Origin: the human T2T-CHM13v2.0 reference genome, Homo sapiens
Strand: one strand, 5' to 3'
NCBI RefSeq assembly: GCF_009914755.1
Contig: NC_060928.1
Length of the DNA stretch: 64,000 nt
Positions 41,130 through 58,128 of the stretch are shown here, piece by piece; position 1 is the stretch's first letter, and each line of letters opens with the position of its first letter. The position numbers and the translations under genes were made by a program. A model generated the notes under the pieces. That model ran no database searches. It was not told where the DNA came from and worked only from the letters and a program-made list of their open reading frames with translations.

Positions 41130-42300
41130 TTTAAAATCTAGATGTCTCTAATGGCTCTGTAATGCCTGATGCTGTAAGTCCAGTTTCTAAGCTCATTCAG
41201 GGATAGTTTCTATTGATCTTTTCCCCGCTGCATGGGCTATACTTTTCTATTTCTTTGCATGTCTTATATTTTTTTTTGTTGAAAATTGAATACTTTAGGT
41301 AACATAAAGTGGCAACTCTGGAAACCAGGCCTTCCCACCTCCAATCCAAAGTTTGTTGTTGCTGGTTTTTCTTGCAGTTGTTGTTTGTTCTTTAGTGACT
41401 TACCTGGACCAATATGGTAAAGTTTTCATTTCCCTAGAGTGCACAGCCAGTGAAATCTCCATTTAGTGAGCTTAGTGGTAAACTAATATTTGATTAGAGA
41501 TTTCTTTAAAGCCTTGAGCCAATAAATCTTCCACTCTTGCCAAGGGTCTTCCATGGGTTTGGGGACATGTCTTCAGTGCTCAGGCAGTTTACAACTCTAC
41601 CTTACCCTTCACTTCCTGCTTGCACAGAGCCTGATGTCCACCAGAAGTGAGATACTGGGACTCTCTGAGGACTTCCCTGGACAGGCACACAGCCCTATGT
41701 GCATATGTAAACTCCAGATTGCAAGGATATGTTAGAGCTTTTCAGAGCTGCCTAAGAACATAGAATTTTCCAGGTCCTTTATAATTTTTGTTCAGGCTCT
41801 TACTTGTCCCAACTAGTGTCACAGCCTTAGGCAGCTACAATGTTAAACAATCTTCTAATTATTTTCCACAAATGCCCTAGAGATAGAAATTTTTCCCACC
41901 AAGTGAGTTCTTAGTGAAGTCAAATAATGGAAAGCTCTTTGAGTGAGGCTCTTCCAGGGAGCTACCAGACAGGCAGAATACTGACAAAGCTCTGGGGATG
42001 GACCTTCTGAGGAATTCCAAACTTGGTCAGCCAGCTCTGGTGGTTTTACAACTTCTATTGTTTAGGGGTGGCTGGATTGCAAGGCTGCTGTGGAACTGGG
42101 AAGGTCGGTGAAATTAATATCCCTTCTGTTCTTACAGAAATTCATCAGTTTTTCTTGAATAAACACTCTTCAGGTTGTTGTAAGCTTTTTATCAATTTTA
42201 AAAGTTCTAACGGTTAATCTTGACAATTTTGCCAATGTTTTTGTTGCTTTTTTGGAGAAGTGAACTTATTGAGTTTCTCACTCCTCCATTCTGGAAATTT
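41130..42300 (-). mobile_element. Old L1M 5' region fragment
   Basis: ttctttgcatgtcttatatttttt...ttgaaaattgaatactttagg and ttttcttgaataaacactctt resemble old L1 5'UTR/ORF1 reverse strand. Confidence 0.55.
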
Positions 42301-42459
42301 CTTATTAATGCCCGACTTAGTATTCATCATAAATCCAAGGATTTTTATTTTTATAAGGCCCATTTATTCATTCCTTTACTAAATATCCAAAGCCTTTGCA
42401 CACAAAACTGAAGAAGACACAAAAAGATTATCATCTAGCAGAGAAGGAGGAGCAGAAAT

Positions 42460-42665
42460 TGGTAAATTGTTGTAAGTTTCTTGCTGCCAGGCACTACCTT
42501 AGCTGATTCATAGATATTTAATCCATAGTAACTCTGAAAGAGGGAAATATTCCATCATTAACATTTTAGGGAATTAAAGCACAGTGACCCTACGTAAGAT
42601 GCCAGTAGGTAGCACATTTAGAACGTGAACCATTGCTCTGATTCTAGAAATCATTCTTTTCCCAC
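42460..42665. mobile_element. MIR SINE relic
   Basis: tgccaggcact...tttaatcc...cattttagggaattaaagcacag...ctgattctagaa. Confidence 0.5.
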
Positions 42666-44079
42666 CACCTTGTTTATATGACCTTCAAAACATTTCATTA
42701 TCTGGCCACAAACTTTGTTATTAGGCAGATACCTGTATAAATAGAAACGTAAAAATATTTTGTGCTAGGGGCTAAAATAGCTCTGAGTTACACTCTATGT
42801 AAGTTAGTCGGAGAACACCACATACAGAAACTAATATCTAAGACTAATTTCTTTGTTTTTTTTTAAACTGAGCGTAATTTTTGAGTAAATTGATCTTACA
42901 AGGTTTGCTACAAAAATGCCTAGTAGCCCCTTGACTTATTTCTGTTTCCCTCTTTTTCAGAGATAATTACTTCAATTCATTTAATCATCAATTCTTCGGA
43001 TATTTACCTCAATTTCTCTACATAATATGTTTTTTCTTTTAGACACATCTTCTGATGCCCACAAAGAAGATAAAGATTTAGCCTTTTTTCATACATCATC
43101 CCTATCTCTACTAACATAAGCCTTTTTTCTGTCTTCCTGTTATCCAATATTTTTGTATGAAAAAAGGCTTGGTCTTTTTTGTTAGATCAATATTCACTTT
43201 TTACATTAATATGACAAGGTAGATATTTACCCCAGCCAAACAATAGAATATGTTATGCTTACTTTTTCCTTTCCTGCAGAACATTTTCCTGATATTGGCA
43301 ATTGCTTCATATATAATATTTCACATAGCTTTCTCCACATGAATCGTTAACTTATCCACAAGCCCTGAAATGTCTAAGTTTTGATTCAATATGTACAGAT
43401 CCATCAGGTTCTCTATGAACTTTACCTTCCTCTGGATTTACAGAGGAATGTAATGAGAATGTTTTGCTCTGGTTCAAAGCAATCGTTCTGTGACCTCCCA
43501 ATCATGCTAGGAATTACTTCCATAGCTTTCTGTTGTGGGATCCTCGTTCATGGTCCCATACTTCTTTCTTGGTTTATTTCTTCATTTTAGTGGAACATAT
43601 GCTCCAGTAATGTTTTGACAAATGCTGCATAAGGCTATGAAGCTTTTGAGAGAGTCCTTGTTCATCAATGTCTGTTTTTTTGCATTCACACTTAATGTAT
43701 AGCTAGAGTTGGTAGAAACTTTTAGGCTGGAAATGTTTTCTTCTTATGAATTTTGAAGATACTTTTTCACTATTTTCTATTTTTCAGCATTGCCATTGAA
43801 AAGCCCAAAGCCATTTTGTAGATGACCTGTTTTTCTTTCTGAAAATAAATAGGATGTTTCATTTGTTCCAATATTTTTTAAAAACTATTTCATTAGTTAG
43901 AATGGTCTAAAATATCATTTGAAGTTGCAATTTACATTTATTTGATTACTGGTTCATGATTTTCATCTTAATTTGCTTTTCAACCTATTCTCTAGATGGC
44001 TATTTATCTTGCTGAATTAAGGTAGAGGAAAAATCAATAAAATTATTTAAAAATAAAGTTTAGGTTTCAAAGGCCTTTA

Positions 44080-44240
44080 AATCCTATGCTACACATTGAA
44101 ATCACCTGGCAATCTTTACAAACCATAGATGCTTAATTCTCACCTATGTTACTTGGTATGGCATGCAACCAAGGCATCAGTATTTTTAAAAGCTTCCTAG
44201 GTCATTATAATGTGCAAGAATGCTTGGAAACCACTATCCT
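44080..44240. mobile_element. MER5A-like DNA-transposon relic
   Basis: cacattgaaatcacctggcaatcttt...catcagtatttttaaaagcttcctaggtcattataatgtgca...gaaaccact. Confidence 0.7.
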
Positions 44241-44733
44241 AAGGAATTACAGACTAGAAAATATCTGGGGCCATTATACTACAGGGTTATCAGAGATTTT
44301 CTTAGAAATAGAAAAATACAGAGAGAGGAGTCAGGGCTTGGGAGCATTGAAAATTCCAGGCTATTAATTTCATTAAAAGCATTGCCTATTATAAATTCGG
44401 TGAACACTGTTAATAAAACAGAGTAGATGCTATGTACTTTGAAAGGGCCTAAAGTTTACTAAACATAGGAATGTCTAGAACACATAATTCAAACATGTAT
44501 AGAAGTTAAATTGTTTTAAATATGAAGGATGAACATGTAATAATAAGAACCTTATAAAAGACCTGCATCCTAGGGGCGCTGTATTTAGTTACTAATGAAC
44601 ATTTTAAAATATCTTCATTGCTTATTTCTGAACATTTACAAATTTCTAAAATTTGTAAGATGAGAGCAGTGTGTTATGTGCCACTATGTGGGAGAGGAGT
44701 AAACTTAGTTTACTCCATGATTAAAACAAAATT

Positions 44734-45125
44734 CCATATATACACCATGGAATACTATGCAGCCATAAAAAATGAAAGAGTTCATGTCCTTTGTAGGGAC
44801 ATGGATGAAACTGGAAACCATCATTCTCAGCAAACTATCGCAAGGACAAAAAACCAAAAACCACATGTTCTCACTCATAGGTGGGAACTGAACAATGAGA
44901 ACACATGGACACAGGAAAGAGAACATTACACTCTGGGAACTGTTGTGGGGTGGGGGGAGGGGGGATGGATAGCATTAGGAGATATACCTAATGCTAAATG
45001 ACGAGTTAATGGGTGCAGCACACCAACATGGCACATGTATACATATGTAACAAACCTGCACATTGTGCACATGTAACTTAAAACTTAAAGTATAATAATG
45101 ATAAAATAAAAAAATAAATAAATGA
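44734..45125 (+). mobile_element. 5'-truncated L1PA (~390 bp 3' end, older than the full-length copy)
   Basis: tatacaccatggaatactatgcagcc...gcattaggagatatacctaatgctaaatgacgagttaatggg...poly-A. Confidence 0.93.
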
Positions 45126-48029
45126 AATTTCCGTCCTAAAAAAGGATGAGGTTACAACTGTCAGAAGATAATTTTTTCTTAATGTGAGTCTAATATGAAC
45201 TCTGAAAAGTATCTGTAGGCTGACTGGCATCCTTGAAAAGCTAAAACCAATCTTTCATATTTTCTAGGTTATTCTCTTTTTCCACCAGATAATACTAGAC
45301 TCCTACTATTTTCTTTTTTTTTTTCTTGGAATAGCAATATGAATCTGAGAAACATTATTTGGCTTGAGATAAATTCTGTCATGCTCTATTGACTCATATC
45401 CTCTGGAAAAAGGAAAACATAAGAACATCAGTATTGGGTTAATTCACCTGTAAATAAAATGCTGATGGGGTACAGCCATGTTGGGGGAATATGGCCCAGG
45501 AGGAAGCTACTATTAGACCACTGCTAGCTGCACCTGATTGGGATCTTTTTGGCTGAAACGGAAATAAATAAAAGAGTGGGGAGATAATTTTTCTTATTTT
45601 AGTTTAGAAAGGGAAGGGGTCTTTATTTCTTGGATTTTAGTTTGCCACAGGCATTGAATAAAGGATGAGGCATTCTCTATAATACATTTTGTCTCGTCTT
45701 TTAAATTTAATTAGTTTCTATATATTTATGGACAATTGTGGTGAAAGAGGCAAAATGGAGGCAAAAATTCAGCATAGGCTTCAAGGTTCTGAAGTTAGTG
45801 AAATCTGTGCTGGCACATTTCAGTGTCCCTTGGGAGCAAGTGTTATGTGGCACATCCTAATGAGTCCATTAAGGTTCTGAAAGGAGCAGTGTTAGGTACC
45901 GTCTTTGGAGGAGCAAACTTCTGATATATTTGTTTTCTTTCTAAAATATGGTGCTGACATCCCTGGTTGACCAGAGGCTCAAATAGTAAGGCCGATGGAT
46001 GAAATACAGAAAATAACATCATTTCCACAGAAGAATAATGGTCAAAGAATTGACTAATTTAGGCTTTCACTAATAGGTGGGATCATAATGCCTCATTGTA
46101 TTTGAAACAGACTTCAGCCTCAGCCTCCATAACATTCCTCCAATAAGAAGCAGAAAGCTCTTCCTAAAGGTGAAAAGTCGCCTGGCTTCAAAACCTAAAT
46201 TTCACGTGCAAGTAAAGTAACTCACAATGGTCTCAGGCCTAAACTTTATTCTCCACCTGGTTATAACATGTTCCTTGATTGGATGTTAGAACATAAAAAA
46301 GTGTGATTTGGTTCCCATTTGACTATTTACTTGTGTATATATTTTCTTCTTCAGCAGAAAGAAGGGTGAATGAATTTGGACATCAAATCCTAATTCCAAA
46401 TTTCAAAACTATGGTAGACACTTACTTGAAAGGCAGATAGATAGACACATATGCATAAATAAGAATAACTTAAAATTTTAAAATATTCAAATAAAAAACA
46501 GTTTGGAAATAAAAATCATTTCAGATCATAGAGTCTCCTCAATGTAATAACAAGGTATTTGGGATTTACTTTAGGAAAGCTTTGGAGCCATAACAGATTC
46601 TTAACCTTGGAAGTGTAGGAACTAACATGACTCGTGAATGTTTGCATGAACAGGCAAAAGCATAGAGACAGAAAAAACAGAAATTTATGATAATAGTCTG
46701 GGATGGGGACAGAATGGACCTGACCCCGAAGGACAATGACAGTCCTTGGAGATAGATTACAAAGAATGAAATGGATACAGCATCATAATATTTTAAAGGT
46801 ATCACGTTCTACCCCTTCGGTTTCTGGTGCACATGAGATTAGTGCAGCAATCTTGGAGTAGTCTTTCTATCCTAGCTTTGAAATAGACATTCAAAAATTG
46901 TGTAGAGAACGAAGCTCAGAGAAGATTATGAATCTTCTATTGCCATTACAGAGAGCACCTGTTTAGTAGCTCTTGGCCAATCTGCTACTTCTCTGTGCCA
47001 ATGCAAAAGCTGTTATATCTATCCAATACACTCCTATGTTAAGCAACAGAGCAAATAACTGCTATAGCATCCATATGGCAAATTGTGCTTTTAAATTGTT
47101 CACGACTTTAGGCATAGTCCTTAAAAGCAAATGACAGTAGTTGCAGATGTTTTCAGCAGTAAGTTTTCGTTTAGATGTTTTTTTTTTTTAAAGAAATAGA
47201 AGATGGCCCTTAAGTTTAAGAAATGAAGTGATGGCAGAATAGCAAAGTACAATGCAAAATCTTGGCAACGATATTATTGTTATTCATATTGGGGAAAAAT
47301 TGTTCACTAGGCAGACCTAGAGCAAGTAAGAAAACAAACAAACAACTCATATGTTCATAAAAATGACTAAGGAAGTTTTCAGGGAGTGTTGTATTAAAGT
47401 TTTATCTTTTTAAAGACACAGAATGCAACTAAAAGATTAAATTTCAAAATAATTCCAACTAGAGACTTGTTTTATTTTAGATAAATGCACACACATGTCA
47501 CAAGGAGAGACGTTATTTTATTTTTTATTCACAAAGCATATTTGATGACTTAAAATCCAGATTTTAAATTATCTGTTAGGTGCTTTAAAAAGGTTTGTAA
47601 ATTATGGCATAGAAGCAGAATCCTGTTTGTTCTTCCCCTTTCTCTTTCCCTTCCCTTCTCTTCCCTTCCCCCAAATGCTGCACTAAAGTCATTTGTTTGG
47701 GCAGTGCAAAATAGGCTTAAGTGCTGGGATGGCTGAGGGGGTCGTAGTAACCTAAGGCAGGAGAGAAGGACATTGTGGAAAAGCTCCACATGCAGGAAAT
47801 GTTGGAGGCCCGGTGAGAGAGGAAAATGTACACCCACAATAGGGAAGCCTGTTGTTGGGTGTTAGAACCATAGATGGGCAAGGTGTGTGTCTCCATGGGG
47901 CCATCCTGGCTTGCAGAGTTGGAGTCTGAACAGGCATCTACACAAGGAGATGAACCTGAGGAAGGCTTCAGAGTCCCACCAGGCCAAGGAAGGTACTTGT
48001 GTAAAAGAAGAAGTAGCAGCAAACAAGGG

Positions 48030-48870
48030 AGATTCATTACATATTGATTAAATAAGTAATTATATTGAGGATAATGGGAGCCTGGTTTCTTGCTGTTGGA
48101 AGAGGAAGTTAAAATATGGAAACTTAGAAACTAGACTAAACATATGGTATTGACAGTGTGAATTCATGGTTTTCAATAGATACAGAAGTATAGAAGAAAA
48201 TCGATGTGTAAATGTATGTGTGTGTGTATGTGTGTGTGTGTGTGTATGTGTGTGTGTGCATGCATATGTGTGTGTTTATTTATGCTTATATGTGTGGGTA
48301 TATATAGATATATCCTGGCAGGCACCAACTTAATCAGGTAATCATAACCTGTAATGGCAAAATCTGACATGGTCCACCATCAAATAGAATGCAGTCAAAA
48401 CACATCATCATTCCTGTAATATCCCTGCTAAATGCACTACCTAATTTGAATCATGAGGAAGAATCAGACAAATGCAAAGTGAAGTATATTCTTCTAAATA
48501 ACTGAATAAGAATATTTTTAAATGTCAACATCATGACAGTCACAGAAAGAATAAAGTGCTGGTTCAGACTGAAAAAGACAATGAGAAATGACAAATAAAA
48601 TATGATGTGATTCTAAACTGAATACTTTTATAATAAATTATCAGAGAGTGGATGAAATTTGAATAAAGATCAGCAAATTAGAAGGTAGCAATCTATTCAA
48701 CTACTTTTCTTGTTATAATGGTTAGATTGTGATTATCAAGGAGAATGTTTTTATTTGTAGTAAATACTCAAGTATTGGGGCATCAGGTCAACAACTTACA
48801 TTGAAGTGGTTCAGAAAAAAAGCTTTTGCACTTGTAACACTTCTGTTAGTTTGAGATTATTGTAAAATAC
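48030..48870 (+). mobile_element. L1MC-type 3' end containing a (TG)n microsatellite (48205-48310)
   Basis: attgaggataatgggagcc, caccaacttaatcaggtaatca, aatcatgaggaagaatcagacaaat. Confidence 0.65.
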
Positions 48871-51179
48871 AAAAAAGAGAAATAATTACTACAGAAATAA
48901 TTAATTAAAAACAAAAAGCAAATACAAACAAAAAATACAGGGTTTAGAATCTAACCCCATCAACATTTCAAATGAACATGTATAGTTTTAGAAGAGCTTA
49001 TTATTCAAGAGATACTTCTTGTTAAAGTGACCTCGTACTAAGTAAAAATGCAAACAGAAATGTACCATTTTCAAAAATAATTGTAAATGTTATTCAAGAA
49101 CAATAGTGTCTTGGTGGATAGGAATAGTAAAAATGGGTAAAGGAGACCTTTAAAATGCTAACATTTACCCTAATAAAAATGCATGTAGAAAATGAGTTTG
49201 GGTACACATGCCACCCTTGGCATGGATGTTGTTGTAGAATAGAGTACTAGAAAGAGTCAATTTGTGATGAAGGGAGAAAAGGATTAGTGAAATATTTAAG
49301 GGTAAAAGACAGAAACCACAAATACATCGTGAGGGCAAACAAAAGTTATATCTACATACAAAGAGAGTGGCCATTGGAGATAACATAAGAAAACAAAAAT
49401 GCAATAAATACTTGGGAGGAAGACAGAATTGGGTGATTACTGAAGGAATACTTTCTGAAGTTGCACTTATGAGTCATAAGAGGGACCCCAAGATTAGGAT
49501 CAAAAGAAAGAAGTAAAATCCAGCAGTGGTGGGTAAAATATTCTAGTGAAATAATGTTTTGTTGTCTTATAAACATACTTTTACTTGCAATTCAATTGTT
49601 TTATGTTAAACATGCTTCTAGTTTCAGATGACACCTTGAAGCTTCTATTTCAAGACAGAGAATTGAACGTCATTTTCTTTCTTTCTGAAGACATAAAAAT
49701 GACATTACATAATAAAATTTTAGTGAGAATAAATGTATCATACCAAAAATAATGGAAAAAAAATAATAATTAGTTTAATGACATAAAATATAGAGCCAGA
49801 TAAAAATGGTTGACAAATGAAACAGAGGTAAGCCTAAAATAAAAGCAAGCAGGGACTGCATGGAGAGGGGAAGGAGGTGGAGAGTGAGAAGGGGACCCCA
49901 GGGATAGGGCCTGGCATCTGTCTTGAGAGCTTTCTGCTTCCCCTCTGTATTTCTGTTGAGCAACGGTTGCCTGGTATTTAGCCCTATGGAATTTTTGAGG
50001 AAATGGAAATAACTTCTTTGATGATTAGGGCAAACACAGTACCTGAAAATACCTCAAACCTTAAGCCTGCTCTATTTCACCATCTGCAGGACCCAAGAAT
50101 AATGCCTAGTCGAAGCTCAACACTCACCTAAAGCAAAGCTCTGGCCAGGGCAATGCAGCCTGTGTCAGAGTTCCCTTTCGAGGTAGAGAAATAGCAGAAA
50201 AATGGCCCTCCTATAGCACCCAAGCTAATCACCCCTCAATTCTTCCTGAATCACAGACATTCTATCACACATAAGAAAACTAGTGGTTTAAAGAGAATGA
50301 ACAATATAAATAAACATAATTTATCCTGCAGGAAGAAGCAACAAATCATTGGGCAGAGAAGAAAAACAAAAGGGGCAGAATGCAATAAAAGACGCATTAA
50401 ATTAGCAGTCTACTTAGTGCAAAGGAATCTCGTAATGCCTGTGTTGTGAAAGGCCTAGAAAGCAATCAAACAAATTAGAACAGACAATCAACAGAAATAA
50501 CCAATTTTTTTGGAGTGTTTGCCTCAAAGAAGTAGAACTGTGCATCGTTAGTGTTGAGGGTGAACCGCTGCTTTTCATCATTGACACTTGTAGACATTTT
50601 TTTAGCAGCTTCAGGGACATGATTGTTACTATTGTCATAAATAAAACTGACAAGCAAATAAACATACAAAATAGCACCTGCGTAGCAGCTTGTAACACAA
50701 CGTCCACAACTTCGCATTCAAGGAAAATGGTTTAAGATAAAGAGGATTGTGAAGAGACCAAAACACAATTACAGAGTTAAAATCTCCCTAAACATTCACA
50801 AATTGGATAAATGGCACCATGTAACTGAGGACAAATCTGAACAATTCTGTTTATAATGTAGAGGGAAAGGAGAAAGGAGAGAAGGGGATGAGGGCAATGT
50901 GTTAGACACAGATGACTGGGGAAGATAGCAGATTTTTTAAAAATAAAGAATATTGTTTTACAGAAATGACACAAAACAGTGCCAGCATAAGCAAAAATCC
51001 TCCTACTGAAAAATGTCCAGAGATAGGCAGAAAAAAATAGCCTATATATAAAGGAGCAGAAATCAAAATGAGATTTGACTTCTTTATGATATTAAATGTC
51101 AATAGGCAATGAATCAACATCTGCAAACTTCTGAGCTAGAATTCTGGAGCTCGATAATTGTATAAAGTTTCTTTAATGT

Positions 51180-51748
51180 CAAATGCATACAAAACAGATT
51201 ATCCTGGAATATTATTCAATGATGAAAAGAAATGAGCTATCAAGCCACGAAAAGACACAGAGGAACCTGAAAAGCATATTGCTACCTGAAAGAAGCCAAT
51301 TTGAAAAAGTCTACATACTCTATGATTCTAATTATATGACATCCTGGAAAAGGCAAAACTCTAGAGACAGTGAAAAGATCATTGATTGCCAGAGACTGGG
51401 GGTAGATGAGGGGAAGTGGGAGAGAGATATACTCATACCACAAGCACAGGAGATTTTAGGGCAGTGAAATTATTCTGTATGATACAGTAATGACAAACAC
51501 ACGTTGTTATGAATTTGTCAAAACCCATAAAAAATGTACAGCACAAAAATGAACTCTAATGTAAATTATGGATTTCAGTTCATAACGTACTAATCTTGGT
51601 TCATCAATAATAATAAATATACCACATGAATATGAAGATGCCAATAACAGGGTACACTGTTGGGGAGGAGAGGGCAGATATGCACTTTCCAATCAATTAT
51701 TCTGTAAACCTAAAACTGCTCTTTAAAACAAGTCTATTAATTTAAAAA
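51180..51748 (+). mobile_element. L1MC1-like 3' end
   Basis: aatgagctatcaagccacgaaaagacacagaggaacct...gacatcctggaaaaggcaaaact...ctgtaaacctaaaactgctct. Confidence 0.8.
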
Positions 51749-52327
51749 AGTCAGAAAAACCAGAACTCAGAAAATATATAAGCATTACTCCTGTCTTGAA
51801 AATGAAAACCTATTTTATTTTATTTTATTTTGTTTTTCAGCAAATGGAGACAAAGCTAGAATATCCTACTGTTTAGTCTTCAAGTTATAATTTATATGTG
51901 TGTGTATGTATGTATATATATATATAAAGAAACTACCAGTTTCAAGGATTATTAAGTCTTCCCTTAATTCTTAACCTGGCCCTCCAACTCTGTAACATCG
52001 TTAGGCAGTGCCTCCCAGTGAGCGCCAAGGCCTGTGGTCTGCGCCTGGGGATGTGGTGCTTTCTCTCACTGGGCCGGTTCTGTTTCTGCTCTTTTCCCTA
52101 ACCAGAAAGGCTTCTAAAGAGAAAAGATTTCCAATTCTGAGAAAGAAATGGTGGAATCTACCTATTATTTTCATTTTCAAAATAAAAATAACTATTTCTT
52201 TTCTTTTCTTTTTTTTTCTTTTTTTGCTTTTACCATGTCTCATATATTTTTCTCAGCCACATCATGGGATAAAACAATAACAAGCTAACCAGATCTGATG
52301 TGAGGTTGGTAAAAGAAAAAAAACACA

Positions 52328-53222
52328 GGGGGGATGAGCCAAGATGGCCGAATAGGAACAGCTCCTGTCTACAGCTCCCAGCGTGACCGATGCAGAAGAC
52401 GGGTGATTTCTGCATTTCCACCTGAGGTACCGGGTTCATCTCACTAGGGAGTGCCAGACAGTGGGCGCAGGTCAGTGGGTGCACGCACCGTGCGCGAGCC
52501 GAAGCAGGGCGAGGCATTGCCTCACTTGGGAAGTGCAAGGGGTCAGGGAGTTCCCTTTCCGAGTCAAAGAAAGGGGTGACGCACCTGGAAAATCGGGTCA
52601 CTCCCACCCGAATACTGCGCTTTTCCGACAGGCTTAAAAAACGGCGCACCACGAGGTTATACCCCGCACCTGGCTTGGAGGGTCCTACCCCACGGAGTCT
52701 CGCTGATTGCTAGCACAGCAGTCTGAGATCAAACTGCAAGGCGGCAGTGAGGCTGGGGGAGGGGCGCCCGCCATTGCCCAGGCTTGCTTAGGTAAACAAA
52801 GCAGCCGGGAAGCTCCAACTGGGTGGAGCCCACCACAGCTCAAGGAGGCCTGCCTGCCTCTGTAGGCTCCACCTCTGGGGGCAGGGCACAGACAAACAAA
52901 AAGACAGCAGTAACTTCTGCAGACTTAAATGTCCCTGTCTGACAGCTTTGAAGAGAGCAGTGGTTCTCCCAGCACGCAGCTGGAGATCTGAGAACGGGCA
53001 GACTGCTTCCTCAAGTGGGTCCCTGACCCCCAAGCAGCCTAACTGGGAGGCACCCCCCAGCAGGGGCACACTGACACCTCACACGGCAGGGTACTCCAAC
53101 AGACCTGCAGCTGAGGGTCCTGTCTGTTAGAAGGAAAACTAACAAACAGAAAGAACATCCACACCAAAAACCCATCTGTACATCACCATCATCAAAGACC
53201 AAAAGTAGATAAAACCACAAAG
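52328..53222. promoter_or_regulatory. L1 5'UTR bidirectional promoter (sense and antisense) with intact YY1 motif
   Basis: CpG-rich 5'UTR with CAAGATGGCCG at ~52340-52350. Promoter activity is established for the family and not shown for this copy. Confidence 0.65.
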
Positions 53223-54238
53223 ATGGGGAAAAAACAGAACAGAAAAACTCGAAACTCTAAAAAGCAGAGTGACTCTCCTCTTCCAAAGGAACACAGTTCC
53301 TACCAGCAACGGAACAAAGCTGGACGGAGAATGACTTTGACGAGCTGAGAGAAGGCGGCTTCAGATGATCAAATTACTCTGAGCTAAGGGAGGACATTCA
53401 AACCAAAGGCAAAGAAGTTGAAAACTTTGAAAAAAATTTAGAAGAATGTATAACTAGAATAACCAATACAGAGAAGTGCTTAAAGGAGCTGACGGAGCTG
53501 AAAACCAAGGCTCGAGAACTACATGAAGAATGCAGAAGCCTCAGGAGCCGATGCGATCAACTGGAAGAAAGGGTATCAGAGATGGAAGATGAAATGAATG
53601 AAATGAAGCAAGAAGGGAAGTTTAGAGAAAAAAGAATAAAAAGAAATGAGCAAAGCCTCCAAGAAATATGGGACTATGTGAAAAGACCAAATCTACGTCT
53701 GATTGGTGTACCTGAAAGTGATGGGGAGAATGGAACCAAGTTGGAAAACACTCTGCAAGATATCATCCAGGAGAACTTCCCCAATCTAGCAAGGCAGGCC
53801 AACGTTCAGATTCAGGAAATACAGAGAATGCCACAAAGATACTCCTCGAGAAGAGCAACTCCAAGACACATAATTGTCAGATTCACCAAAGTTGAAATGA
53901 AGGAAAAAATGTTAAGGGCAGCCAGAGAGAAAGGTCGGGTTACCCTCAAAGGGAAGCCCATCAGACTAACAGTGGATCTCTCAGCAGAAACCCTACAAGC
54001 CAGAAGAGAGTGGGGGCCAATATTCAACATTCTTAAAGAAAAGAATTTTCAACCCAGAATTTCATATCCAGCCAAACTAAGCTTCATAAGTGAAGGAGAA
54101 ATAAAATACTTTACAGACAAGCAAATGCTGAGAGATTTTGTCACCACCAGGCCTGCCCTAAAAGAGCTCCTGAAGGAAGCACTAAACATGGAAAGGAACA
54201 ACCGGTACCAGCTGCTGCAAAATCATGCCAAAATGTAA
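53223..54238 (+). pseudogene. L1 ORF1p, disrupted
   Basis: Starts ATGGGGAAAAAACAG (MGKKQNRK). Apparent 1-bp deletion near 53301 and CGA>TGA near 53367 versus recalled consensus. The C-terminal 218 aa is open (..YQLLQNHAKM). Confidence 0.9.
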
Positions 54239-54301
54239 AGACCATCGAGACTAGGAAGAAACTGCATCAACTAACCAGCAAAAGAACCAGCTAACATCAT
54301 A

Positions 54302-58128
<3,827 letters not shown>

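Noticed and set aside
44565-44582. Second CTCF-like motif (cctaggggcgc)
   Set aside because: Core spacing is one G short and the 5' CCA is missing.
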